In this document: one piece after another, positions 1 through 6,922 of the stretch
Numbering within the stretch: position 1 is the first letter of the stretch
Layout of the letters: every line of letters starts with the position of its first letter
Origin: a virus
Length of the DNA stretch: 13,219 nucleotides
Strand: one strand, 5' to 3'
IMG/VR virus record: IMGVR_UViG_3300045988_160937
Coordinates: 1 to 13,219 of that record
Made by a program: the position numbers and the translations under genes
The notes under the pieces: generated by a model
The model's input: only the letters and a program-made list of their open reading frames with translations
Database searches by the model: none
What the model was told of the DNA's origin: nothing

Positions 1-96
1 CTAAAGTAATCCCCCCCCTCCCCCCGAATTTGGCGAATTAAATGTAGAGGGGTGTAGTTATGTATAGAAGTATTTATGTATTTAGGTATTTAGGGG
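1..96. repeat. Left inverted terminal repeat (96 bp, perfect reverse-complement of 13124-13219); replication origin of a protein-primed linear genome
   Basis: I reverse-complemented the right end by hand: it is identical to 1-96 and diverges at position 97 (left ggtt, right ttga). The terminus CTAAAGTAATCCCCCCCCTCCCCCC resembles the phi29 termini AAAGTAAGCCCCCACCC. It contains C8-T-C6 homopolymer tracts. Confidence 0.9.
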
Positions 97-147
97 GGTT
101 ATGGTTATATAATAACTAAATTATTTAATTTATTTTTATTAAAACTA

Positions 148-176
148 TTGACAAACCAAAATATTTATGGTATAAT
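148..176 (+). promoter_or_regulatory. Early promoter P1: consensus sigma70 with extended -10
   Basis: -35 TTGACA at 148-153, 17-nt spacer, TGg TATAAT at 168-176. Both hexamers are perfect matches. Confidence 0.75.
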
Positions 177-236
177 ATTAATGTAAATAGTTGATATATA
201 ATAACTAAATTATTTAATTTATTTTTATCAAAACTA

Positions 237-265
237 TTGACAAACTAAAATATTTATGGTATAAT
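237..265 (+). promoter_or_regulatory. Early promoter P2, a duplicate of P1: consensus sigma70 with extended -10
   Basis: -35 TTGACA at 237-242, 17-nt spacer, TGg TATAAT at 257-265. The predicted TSS near 272 lies upstream of the SD AAGAGG (283-288) and the ATG at 297. Confidence 0.75.
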
Positions 266-296
266 ATTAATGTAAATAATGAAAGAGGTAATTAAA

Positions 297-602
297 ATGA
301 AAAAACAAATTAAGATATTAACGCAAATTAGAAACCCGATAACTTTAACACTTGAATTGGTTGAAGTAGTAGTTGTAGAGTATGACAAAGATACTTATTA
401 TTATTCACCGTTGTTTAAAGGTAATAAAAATAAGATTGGATTACCAAATACTTTTGAGTTGATTGATAAATTAACAGGCATATGTGTAGTGTATTCAACT
501 AATAAAAGCATATTATTTAGTAACTATGAAGTTAATTATGAATACTATCAATTTACTAAAAAACTAAATACTATAATGATTTATGTAGAAAGTATGATTT
601 AA
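297..602 (+). CDS. Early protein of unknown function, paralog A (first gene after the terminal promoters)
   Basis: ORF track 279-602. I prefer the internal ATG at 297, which has an AAGAGG SD 8 nt upstream. The ATG at 279 sits about 7 nt from the predicted TSS with no SD. It shares the motif EYDxxxYYYSPxFKGNxN...IDKLTGxxVV with the next ORF. Confidence 0.6.
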   Translation: MKKQIKILTQIRNPITLTLELVEVVVVEYDKDTYYYSPLFKGNKNKIGLPNTFELIDKLTGICVVYSTNKSILFSNYEVNYEYYQFTKKLNTIMIYVESMI

Positions 603-652
603 AAGTTAGAGAATATAAATTTGAAAATGTTTATTAAAGAGAGGTAAAGAAA

Positions 653-973
653 ATGAAAAAGATTAAATTTCTAGTGCAATGTAAACAAATGAATGGAGAA
701 ATAGGATTAGAAGAAGTATATGTTACTGAATATGATGATTATTGTTATTACTATTCTCCTAAATTTAAAGGTAATGAAAATTTATTTGAGTGCTATCAAA
801 TGATTGATAAATTAACTGGTATGGTAGTTGTATTTGCTAATAATAAAGATTTATTAATAGATAGATATAAAAGGGCACTAGATAAGTATTTTAGAATAAT
901 AAAAGGTAAAATTTATAATGAAAAAATTAATGAATATCTAGCAAAAATAAAGGAGGTGATAAATAATGATTAA
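653..973 (+). CDS. Early protein of unknown function, paralog B (tandem duplicate of the previous gene)
   Basis: SD GAGAGGT at 639-645 and ATG at 653. Protein segment TEYDDYCYYYSPKFKGNENLFECYQMIDKLTGMVVVFANNKDLL aligns with EYDKDTYYYSPLFKGNKNKIGLPNTFELIDKLTGICVVYSTNKSIL in ORF 297-602. Confidence 0.65.
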   Translation: MKKIKFLVQCKQMNGEIGLEEVYVTEYDDYCYYYSPKFKGNENLFECYQMIDKLTGMVVVFANNKDLLIDRYKRALDKYFRIIKGKIYNEKINEYLAKIKEVINND

Positions 974-1175
974 TGAAGAATGTTTAGTAATGCATAATGA
1001 AGAAACAAAAGATATAGTAGTATTTACACATGCATACAATGAAGACGGTGATGAAGTATATACATATGCAAATAAAATAGTATTAATGGCATTATCATAT
1101 GATAATTATCAAGATATGTGGAATTATTATGATAGTTTAAATTATAAAGTTTTAATGCATACACAAAAGGCTTAA
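966..1175 (+). CDS. Small acidic early protein, unknown function
   Basis: Strong SD AAGGAGGTG at 952-960 and ATG at 966, which overlaps the stop of the previous gene (ATAATGA). 69 aa, rich in D/E/Y/N. Confidence 0.55.
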   Translation: MINEECLVMHNEETKDIVVFTHAYNEDGDEVYTYANKIVLMALSYDNYQDMWNYYDSLNYKVLMHTQKA

Positions 1176-1181
1176 GCCTTT
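1166..1181 (+). promoter_or_regulatory. Perfect 16-bp palindrome AAAGGCTTAAGCCTTT overlapping the stop codon; weak hairpin/attenuator or protein-binding site
   Basis: Self-complementary. Possible stem AAAGGC/GCCTTT with loop TTAA, followed by cttaatct, which is not a clean U-tract. A second small palindrome, GCTAGC, lies at 1212-1217. Confidence 0.3.
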
Positions 1182-1248
1182 CTTAATCTAGCCATTTAAA
1201 TATGAAGGTCGCTAGCCCTTTAAAATAGAGAGCGAGAAAGGAAAAAAT

Positions 1249-1854
1249 ATGAAATTTTTTGAAATTGATGAAGAATATTTAAAGAAAGGAGGTTTAATTT
1301 CACGAGATAAAAAAAGCGGTTTGGCTTTTGGAATAGTTAATGGTAGATTGGTTGCTTTTAAAAATGGCGATAAAGTAGAGCCTGAAGAAATTTTTAAAGG
1401 TTATGCAAGGGATTTGCTAGCAAGTGATTGGGAATATGTAACTGATAAAGGTAATATATGGAAACCTAACGATGGTGATTCATATTATTATATTTGTTCA
1501 ACAGGTGCGATTTCACACGATACTTTTGCTGAATGTTGGAGTCAAGATAAATGGCGTAGGAATTTGTGTAACGCTTTTAAAACTGAAGAAGAATCTAAAA
1601 AAATGATTGAAAAAATAAAAATCATTAATAGATTAAGGGAATTATCAAATATTAATTTTGGCAATGATATTGGTCAATTAAAATATTCAATAGGTTATGA
1701 TATTGATACTAAAAAAGTATGTTCAAGTATGAATAGATATACTAGATTAATACCTTTTGATATATATTTTGAAACCGCTATGGATTGTCAAAATGCAATC
1801 GATGAAATTGGCGAAGAAAATCTAAAAAAATACTATTTTGACGTGGTTGAATAA
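1249..1854 (+). CDS. Early protein, unknown function (201 aa)
   Basis: SD GAAAGGA upstream and ATG at 1249. Long uninterrupted ORF in a dense, co-directional operon. I recognise no motif. Confidence 0.55.
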   Translation: MKFFEIDEEYLKKGGLISRDKKSGLAFGIVNGRLVAFKNGDKVEPEEIFKGYARDLLASDWEYVTDKGNIWKPNDGDSYYYICSTGAISHDTFAECWSQDKWRRNLCNAFKTEEESKKMIEKIKIINRLRELSNINFGNDIGQLKYSIGYDIDTKKVCSSMNRYTRLIPFDIYFETAMDCQNAIDEIGEENLKKYYFDVVE

Positions 1855-2228
1855 TGAAAAAGAAAACGTATTTATTTGTTATTGATAATAAAGTACTAAT
1901 TGATAATCTTAAACCATGTAGAAAAGTTAGTAAAGACTTATTTTTAGTAAAAATTGATGAAGACAATAGGTGTATAATTGATTACTATACCCGTTTTCAA
2001 TTAAAATTAAAGGAACCATTAAGAGTATTGTATAATGATTATTTAGTAGTTGATAAATTTGGTACAATAGTAACTGTTATATTAACTTGCTTTAAACATA
2101 AGAACGATTTAATAAAAAAGAGTATTAAAAAATATAATACATTTAAAAAAGATATTGATTATAAAAAATATAAATTAAAGCAATTAATGAAGTATGTTGT
2201 GTATAAAATAAAAATCGGTGAATATTAA
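1854..2228 (+). CDS. Early protein, unknown function (124 aa, basic, K-rich)
   Basis: Its start overlaps the previous stop (TAATG at 1852-1856), suggesting translational coupling. I recognise no motif. Confidence 0.5.
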   Translation: MKKKTYLFVIDNKVLIDNLKPCRKVSKDLFLVKIDEDNRCIIDYYTRFQLKLKEPLRVLYNDYLVVDKFGTIVTVILTCFKHKNDLIKKSIKKYNTFKKDIDYKKYKLKQLMKYVVYKIKIGEY

Positions 2229-2245
2229 GAAAGGAGGTATAAACA

Positions 2246-2515
2246 ATGCTATATGTATATAAAAATGATATTTACGAAGTAGAGTTACATTTTCATTCAC
2301 GACAAGAAATGATTAAATCAATACGTCGTGGTAAAGTCAAATGCTTAACGCCAAATGAAAATATTACTGAAGAAGAAAGAAATTACATTAAACCAATACT
2401 GCATAAAATTGAATTAGATAGTTTAACAAATATTAGAGTTAAAGAGTTAGATTATTTAATGAAAGTATACGGCTATTATCGTTGTCGTGATTTTGACATT
2501 GTTTACAAGGCTTAA
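2246..2515 (+). CDS. Early protein, unknown function (89 aa)
   Basis: Strong SD AAGGAGGT at 2230-2237 and ATG at 2246. Confidence 0.55.
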   Translation: MLYVYKNDIYEVELHFHSRQEMIKSIRRGKVKCLTPNENITEEERNYIKPILHKIELDSLTNIRVKELDYLMKVYGYYRCRDFDIVYKA

Positions 2516-2585
2516 CAATTAAAACAAAAACCTTAAAATCAAAAATAGGTGCTACCTACCAAAAGTGAGAGAAAGAGAAAAACAC

Positions 2586-2948
2586 ATGAAAATTTTTATT
2601 TATGAAAAAAAGTATATTTCAAAGAAAGACGGAAATAAATTTCCTGTTTTAAAAGGTATTTTAAGAAAGGAAGATACTAAAACTAATACCGACCACTATT
2701 TTAATATCGGATTTTACAAGGAAGATAAAGATTTATTTAATAAAGAAATGTTAAAGAAAGATTTATCATTTCCTATTACAATTGATTTAAAACCAAATGA
2801 TTATTTCATTTCTAAAAAATATGATAAAGAAAAGAAAATTGAAATTTTAACATTAGTTATTAAAAATTGGACTGACATGCAACAAGAAGAATGGAAGACA
2901 AATACTTTAGAAGATTTTGCTAAACAAAATGATAAATTACCTTTTTAA
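2586..2948 (+). CDS. Early protein immediately upstream of the terminal-protein gene (120 aa); SSB/DNA-binding replication accessory by position only
   Basis: ORF track starts at GTG 2565. I prefer ATG 2586, which follows the purine-rich gagagaaagagaaaaa. In phi29 the genes preceding the TP gene encode SSB p5 and DBP p6. I see no sequence similarity to either. Confidence 0.45.
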   Translation: MKIFIYEKKYISKKDGNKFPVLKGILRKEDTKTNTDHYFNIGFYKEDKDLFNKEMLKKDLSFPITIDLKPNDYFISKKYDKEKKIEILTLVIKNWTDMQQEEWKTNTLEDFAKQNDKLPF

Positions 2949-2961
2949 GAGGTAATTCTGT

Positions 2962-3600
2962 ATGGCAAAAAATCTTACATTAAAAAAGATACTTAGCCTT
3001 GATTACACTGATTTGTCAAAAATGACAAAAAATGACTTAATACAAATGTCAAAAGTACTTTCAAGAAATATGAATAGAAGGATGAAAACTTTACAAACTA
3101 AAGGTTATAGTTCTCAATCAAGAGCCTTTAATTTATATCAACAATCTTTAAAAAGTGGTGTTACATACACAACTTCAAAAGATATAGAAAAAATGACACG
3201 TAATCAAATGTTGAAACAAATCACAACCGCATATAACATTATGAAACTTAAAAGTTCAACGTTTGAGGGTGTTAAAAAAATTCTTACAGGTGTTGATAAA
3301 CGTCTAGCCGATTTAGATTCAAGCAATCAAATTACATGGTCATATAATGACGCTAGCAATGCAATGAAAGATAAATTTTGGGAAATATATAATAGAATAA
3401 CCGAGTTGCGTAATGATTATGATAGTTATCAACTTCAAAAAGATATTGCTATAATGTTTTCAAATAGCGATAAAAGACATAGTGCTGAATGGTATACAAT
3501 TAGATTAAATGAAAAATATGATGAAATTTATAAAAGACAACAAGAAGAAACCCTCAAGGATTTAGAGCGGTTCAATGGAAATTCTAATTTTTTCATCTAA
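2962..3600 (+). CDS. Putative terminal protein (primer protein for protein-primed replication), 212 aa
   Basis: SD AAGAGG at 2947-2952 and ATG at 2962. It lies directly upstream of the protein-primed polB and overlaps it by 26 nt, the conserved TP-then-pol arrangement in phi29 and Cp-1-like phages. The call rests on position, the ITR-bearing genome and its size; I did not align it residue by residue. Confidence 0.5.
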   Translation: MAKNLTLKKILSLDYTDLSKMTKNDLIQMSKVLSRNMNRRMKTLQTKGYSSQSRAFNLYQQSLKSGVTYTTSKDIEKMTRNQMLKQITTAYNIMKLKSSTFEGVKKILTGVDKRLADLDSSNQITWSYNDASNAMKDKFWEIYNRITELRNDYDSYQLQKDIAIMFSNSDKRHSAEWYTIRLNEKYDEIYKRQQEETLKDLERFNGNSNFFI

Positions 3601-5764
3601 TAAATCAAAAATTGAGGAGGTTTTACAAAGTATAAAATCTAAAGCAAAAATAAGTAAGAAAGGTAAAAAATACTACTACAATTTTGCTTGCGGTTTTGAC
3701 ACTGAAACTTCCTCTTTTTATCAAAATTTAAAAACGGGTAAAACTTCTTTATCTTTAGATAATGTAAATAAAAATGAAATTAAAGACTATGTAAAAAGAG
3801 GTATTGTATATGAGTGGACTTTTGGTATATATTCAAATGGTGATATTTTAATTGTAATTGGTAGAACACTTGAAGAATATCAAGAATTATATAATATGAT
3901 AACTAATATTTTTGATACAAACGCTATTAATTTATTAATTTACGTACACAACCTTGCTTTTGATTTTCAATTTATAAGAGGTTATTTTACCTTTGATAAA
4001 GTGTTTGCGATTGAAGAAAGAAAAGTATTAAAGGCTATTACAAATGATGGCGTTGAATATCGTTGTAGTTATCAATTAAGTGGTTATTCTTTAAGTGTTG
4101 TTGCCAAAAATCTAACAAAGCATAAAATTGAAAAGTTAGTAGGCGATTTAGATTATTCTAAAATACGACATTCAACAACACCACTTACACAAGAAGAGTT
4201 AGATTATTGTATTCACGACGTTATAATTATATTATACTATATTGATGAAACAATTACAAATGACGGAGATATTACTAAAATACCCCTTACCAAAACGGGT
4301 TATGTACGTAATTATTGTCGCAAGGCTTGTTATAAGGTAGTAGGTGATAAAAAGGCAAGCAAAGATAAAACACGCAAATACTATGCTTTAATGCAAAAAT
4401 TAACCTTAACTACTGATGAATACGATTTACTAAAAACTTCTTTTATGGGAGGTTTTACACACGCAAATGCAATGAATTGTGGTAAAGTGTATGAAAATGT
4501 TAGAAGTTTTGATGAGACTTCCGCATATCCGACTGTGATGATTGCCGAGAAATTTCCGATGAGTAAAGGTATACAAATAAATCATATTACTAAACAAGAA
4601 TTTGAAGAAAAAGTACGCAATTATTGTTGCGTATTCGACGTTGAATTAAATGACGTTGAAAGTTTGATTTACTATGAAAATTATATCTCATCATCAAAAT
4701 GTAGAAGTCTTGAAAATCAACTTGAAAATAATGGACGCATTGTTTCCGCAAAACGTCTAATAATATCAATAACTAATATTGATTGGGAGATTATCAAACG
4801 CACATATTCTTTTTCATCCTTTAGAATAGGTAGATTTTATTATTATCAAAAAGGGTATTTACCTACTGATTTTGTAAAATCAATTCTAAAACTTTATAGT
4901 GATAAAACAACCCTAAAGGACGTTGAAGGAAAAGAAACTGAATACTTATCATCTAAAGGGATGATTAATTCGGCATATGGTTGTTGCGTTACTGATATTG
5001 TTCGTGATGAAATAATTTATGATATGGAAGGGTGGCATAAAGAAAAAAACACAACTGAAAATATTGATAAAATTATAACAAAATATAATAAATCAAGAAA
5101 TAGATTTCTTTTCTATGCATGGGGCGTTTTTGTAACCGCATATGCACGTGCAAATCTTTGGAGTGGTATTTTTGAATTAAAAGAAGATTATATTTATAGT
5201 GATACCGATTCGCTAAAATTTATTAATTATGATAAACATAAACATTTTTTTGAATTGTATAACAATAGACTAATTTATAAACTTCAAAAAGCCCTAGACT
5301 ATCATAAAATACCTTACGAGGCTTACATACCAAAAACAATTAAAGGCGTTGAAAAAATATTAGGTGTATGGGATGATGAAGGCATATATGATAAATTTAA
5401 GACTTTAGGTGCAAAACGATATATGTATTTTAAAAATGATAAACTAACTTTAACCATAAGTGGTGTAAATAAAAAAACCGCAACACCGTGGTTGCTAAAA
5501 CATTTTGCAAATGATGATATTAAACAAGTTGATAAAGTTTTTAATGCTTTTGAAAACGAGTTAGAATTTTCTAAAGACGCAACAGGTAAACAAACACACA
5601 CATATTTAGATTTCGAATATGAAGGTTATGTAAAAGATTATACAGGTAAATTAGGTTATTATCATGAGTTTGCAAGCATACATTTAGAAAGTACTACATA
5701 CTCACTTTCAATCAGTCAACAATTTTTAGACTATTTAAAAGGTATTAAGTATATAAAAATTTAA
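3575..5764 (+). CDS. Protein-primed family-B DNA polymerase (phi29 gp2-like)
   Basis: Motifs line up with phi29 DNA polymerase. Exo I is FACGFDTETSS (phi29 YSCDFETTT). Exo II is YVHNLAFDFQFI (YFHNLKFDGAFI). Exo III is YCIHDV (YIKND). Pre-motif A is FMGGFTHAN (YRGGFTWLN). Motif A is FDETSAYP (FDVNSLYP). Motif B is KGMINSAYGCCV (KLMLNSLYGKF). Motif C is YIYSDTDSLKF (IIYCDTDSIHL). KxY is LGAKRYMYF. The start at 3575 has no clear SD; an in-frame GAGGAGG at 3614-3620 makes the exact start uncertain. Confidence 0.93.
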   Translation: MEILIFSSNKSKIEEVLQSIKSKAKISKKGKKYYYNFACGFDTETSSFYQNLKTGKTSLSLDNVNKNEIKDYVKRGIVYEWTFGIYSNGDILIVIGRTLEEYQELYNMITNIFDTNAINLLIYVHNLAFDFQFIRGYFTFDKVFAIEERKVLKAITNDGVEYRCSYQLSGYSLSVVAKNLTKHKIEKLVGDLDYSKIRHSTTPLTQEELDYCIHDVIIILYYIDETITNDGDITKIPLTKTGYVRNYCRKACYKVVGDKKASKDKTRKYYALMQKLTLTTDEYDLLKTSFMGGFTHANAMNCGKVYENVRSFDETSAYPTVMIAEKFPMSKGIQINHITKQEFEEKVRNYCCVFDVELNDVESLIYYENYISSSKCRSLENQLENNGRIVSAKRLIISITNIDWEIIKRTYSFSSFRIGRFYYYQKGYLPTDFVKSILKLYSDKTTLKDVEGKETEYLSSKGMINSAYGCCVTDIVRDEIIYDMEGWHKEKNTTENIDKIITKYNKSRNRFLFYAWGVFVTAYARANLWSGIFELKEDYIYSDTDSLKFINYDKHKHFFELYNNRLIYKLQKALDYHKIPYEAYIPKTIKGVEKILGVWDDEGIYDKFKTLGAKRYMYFKNDKLTLTISGVNKKTATPWLLKHFANDDIKQVDKVFNAFENELEFSKDATGKQTHTYLDFEYEGYVKDYTGKLGYYHEFASIHLESTTYSLSISQQFLDYLKGIKYIKI

Positions 5765-5803
5765 AGTGTAAGTATGATTAACTTACACTTTATTTTATTT
5801 TAC
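5762..5803. terminator. Bidirectional rho-independent terminator between the convergent transcription units
   Basis: A 12-bp stem, 5762-5773 ttaagtgtaagt pairing with 5781-5792 acttacacttat, encloses the loop atgatta. T-tracts lie on both sides: tattttattttac downstream on +, and tttttatatac on the - strand side. It sits between the polymerase stop (5764) and the ATPase stop (5795). Confidence 0.7.
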
Positions 5804-6922
5804 AGGAAATCCGCAAGCCATTAAATAGTTGCGTACTACTTCACCAATCATATTATCTTGATAGAAAACTTTATCAAGTTTAAAAAACCATACAATTTTT
5901 TCTTCAAGTTTTGTAACAGGCACATTTATTCGACGTCTATATTTTGGTGAAGGGTTAAACTCAAGAGAATAAATAACTGTTTCCTGTTCTTTTCTTATTG
6001 GTGTTGTTTTTTTATGTATATATGTATATACGCATTTATGTTCGTCATCTCTAATAATTTCACATTGCAAGGTTTCACCTTCAAACTTAATATAGTAAAT
6101 AAATAAGATATCTTCAAATTTATATTTGTAAGGTAAATGAGGGTATATTCCAATTTCCCATGTATTGCCTTCACCTGTAATCATATTTAATTTTGGATTA
6201 TCAAAAGCAAAATAAACATTACTTTTCTTATTTTTTCCAATACCGTCGGCAAATTCAACTGCAACTTTTAATTTACTATTTCCATAACTGTAAATATCAA
6301 TATCGCCCGGTTTCATGCGTTTGGCTCTAGTTAAACCCATTTCACCAAAATAAGGGTTATAAGGGTTTATTGAGTTACCGCACATATATATTTCAACATT
6401 TTCACGTAATCTAATAATAGTTGAAAGTGTGTTTGTAAATAATACAAATTCATCTTCTAAATAGCCGTTTCTTGATATAAATTCGTCAAATAAAATTGTT
6501 GTAACATTTGGAAAACTTGCCGATTTATCGTGTTCCATTGACGCTAAAGAAAACGCATAACAAAAAGGTTTTTTGTCTAACACGTCACTATTTAAAGTTT
6601 CATCAAAATTTGCTAAAAACCACATTGAAGATTTGTAAACAATTTTTGAAAATTTACCTTTAGTGATATCTTTTACTCTACCTTCATTAACTAAATTTTC
6701 AAAGGTTCGTGCTCCACGTTTGCCTCTAAAATCTTCAAGCATACGACGCAATATTGCTCCTTCATCTTTATAACCGCTTTCTACATATCTTTGAAGTATT
6801 AACTCTAATACACTAAATGATTTACCATTTGAACGTTCACCAAAAATAACAAAATATTTACAACCTCCTACTTCTTTGCTTTTTTCTCTAATTCTAGTTA
6901 AACGATAGTATTTAGGTTTCAT
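5795..6922 (-). CDS. DNA encapsidation (packaging) ATPase, phi29 gp16-like
   Basis: Walker A FVIFGERSNGKSFS matches phi29 gp16 FVIGARGIGKSYA. Walker B TTILFDEFIS matches STIVFDEFIRE. NSINPYNPYF matches NAVSVVNPYF. It is the last gene of the late unit, as in phi29. Its start is coupled to the upstream tail gene stop (TAATG). Confidence 0.88.
   Translation of the reverse strand: MKPKYYRLTRIREKSKEVGGCKYFVIFGERSNGKSFSVLELILQRYVESGYKDEGAILRRMLEDFRGKRGARTFENLVNEGRVKDITKGKFSKIVYKSSMWFLANFDETLNSDVLDKKPFCYAFSLASMEHDKSASFPNVTTILFDEFISRNGYLEDEFVLFTNTLSTIIRLRENVEIYMCGNSINPYNPYFGEMGLTRAKRMKPGDIDIYSYGNSKLKVAVEFADGIGKNKKSNVYFAFDNPKLNMITGEGNTWEIGIYPHLPYKYKFEDILFIYYIKFEGETLQCEIIRDDEHKCVYTYIHKKTTPIRKEQETVIYSLEFNPSPKYRRRINVPVTKLEEKIVWFFKLDKVFYQDNMIGEVVRNYLMACGFPVK

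Larger units (their letters stand above)
106..278 (+). repeat. Tandem direct repeat: two 84-bp copies (106-189 and 195-278, period 89 bp, 2 mismatches), each carrying a full promoter
   Basis: ataataactaaattatttaatttatttttat[t/c]aaaactattgacaaac[c/t]aaaatatttatggtataatattaatgtaaata occurs twice. The copies are separated by gttga. Confidence 0.9.

Noticed and set aside
1778-1966. 62-aa - strand ORF spanning the junction of two + strand early genes
   Set aside because: It is antisense to a dense, co-directional operon and has no promoter or SD.
2493-2521. Possible internal promoter: TTGACA at 2493-2498
   Set aside because: With a 17-18 nt spacing the best -10 match is caatta/aattaa, which is at most 3 of 6. 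It is too weak to call.
5323-5601. 92-aa ORF on the - strand inside the polymerase gene
   Set aside because: It is fully embedded antisense in a gene with unambiguous polymerase motifs. It has no SD and looks like a typical shadow ORF.
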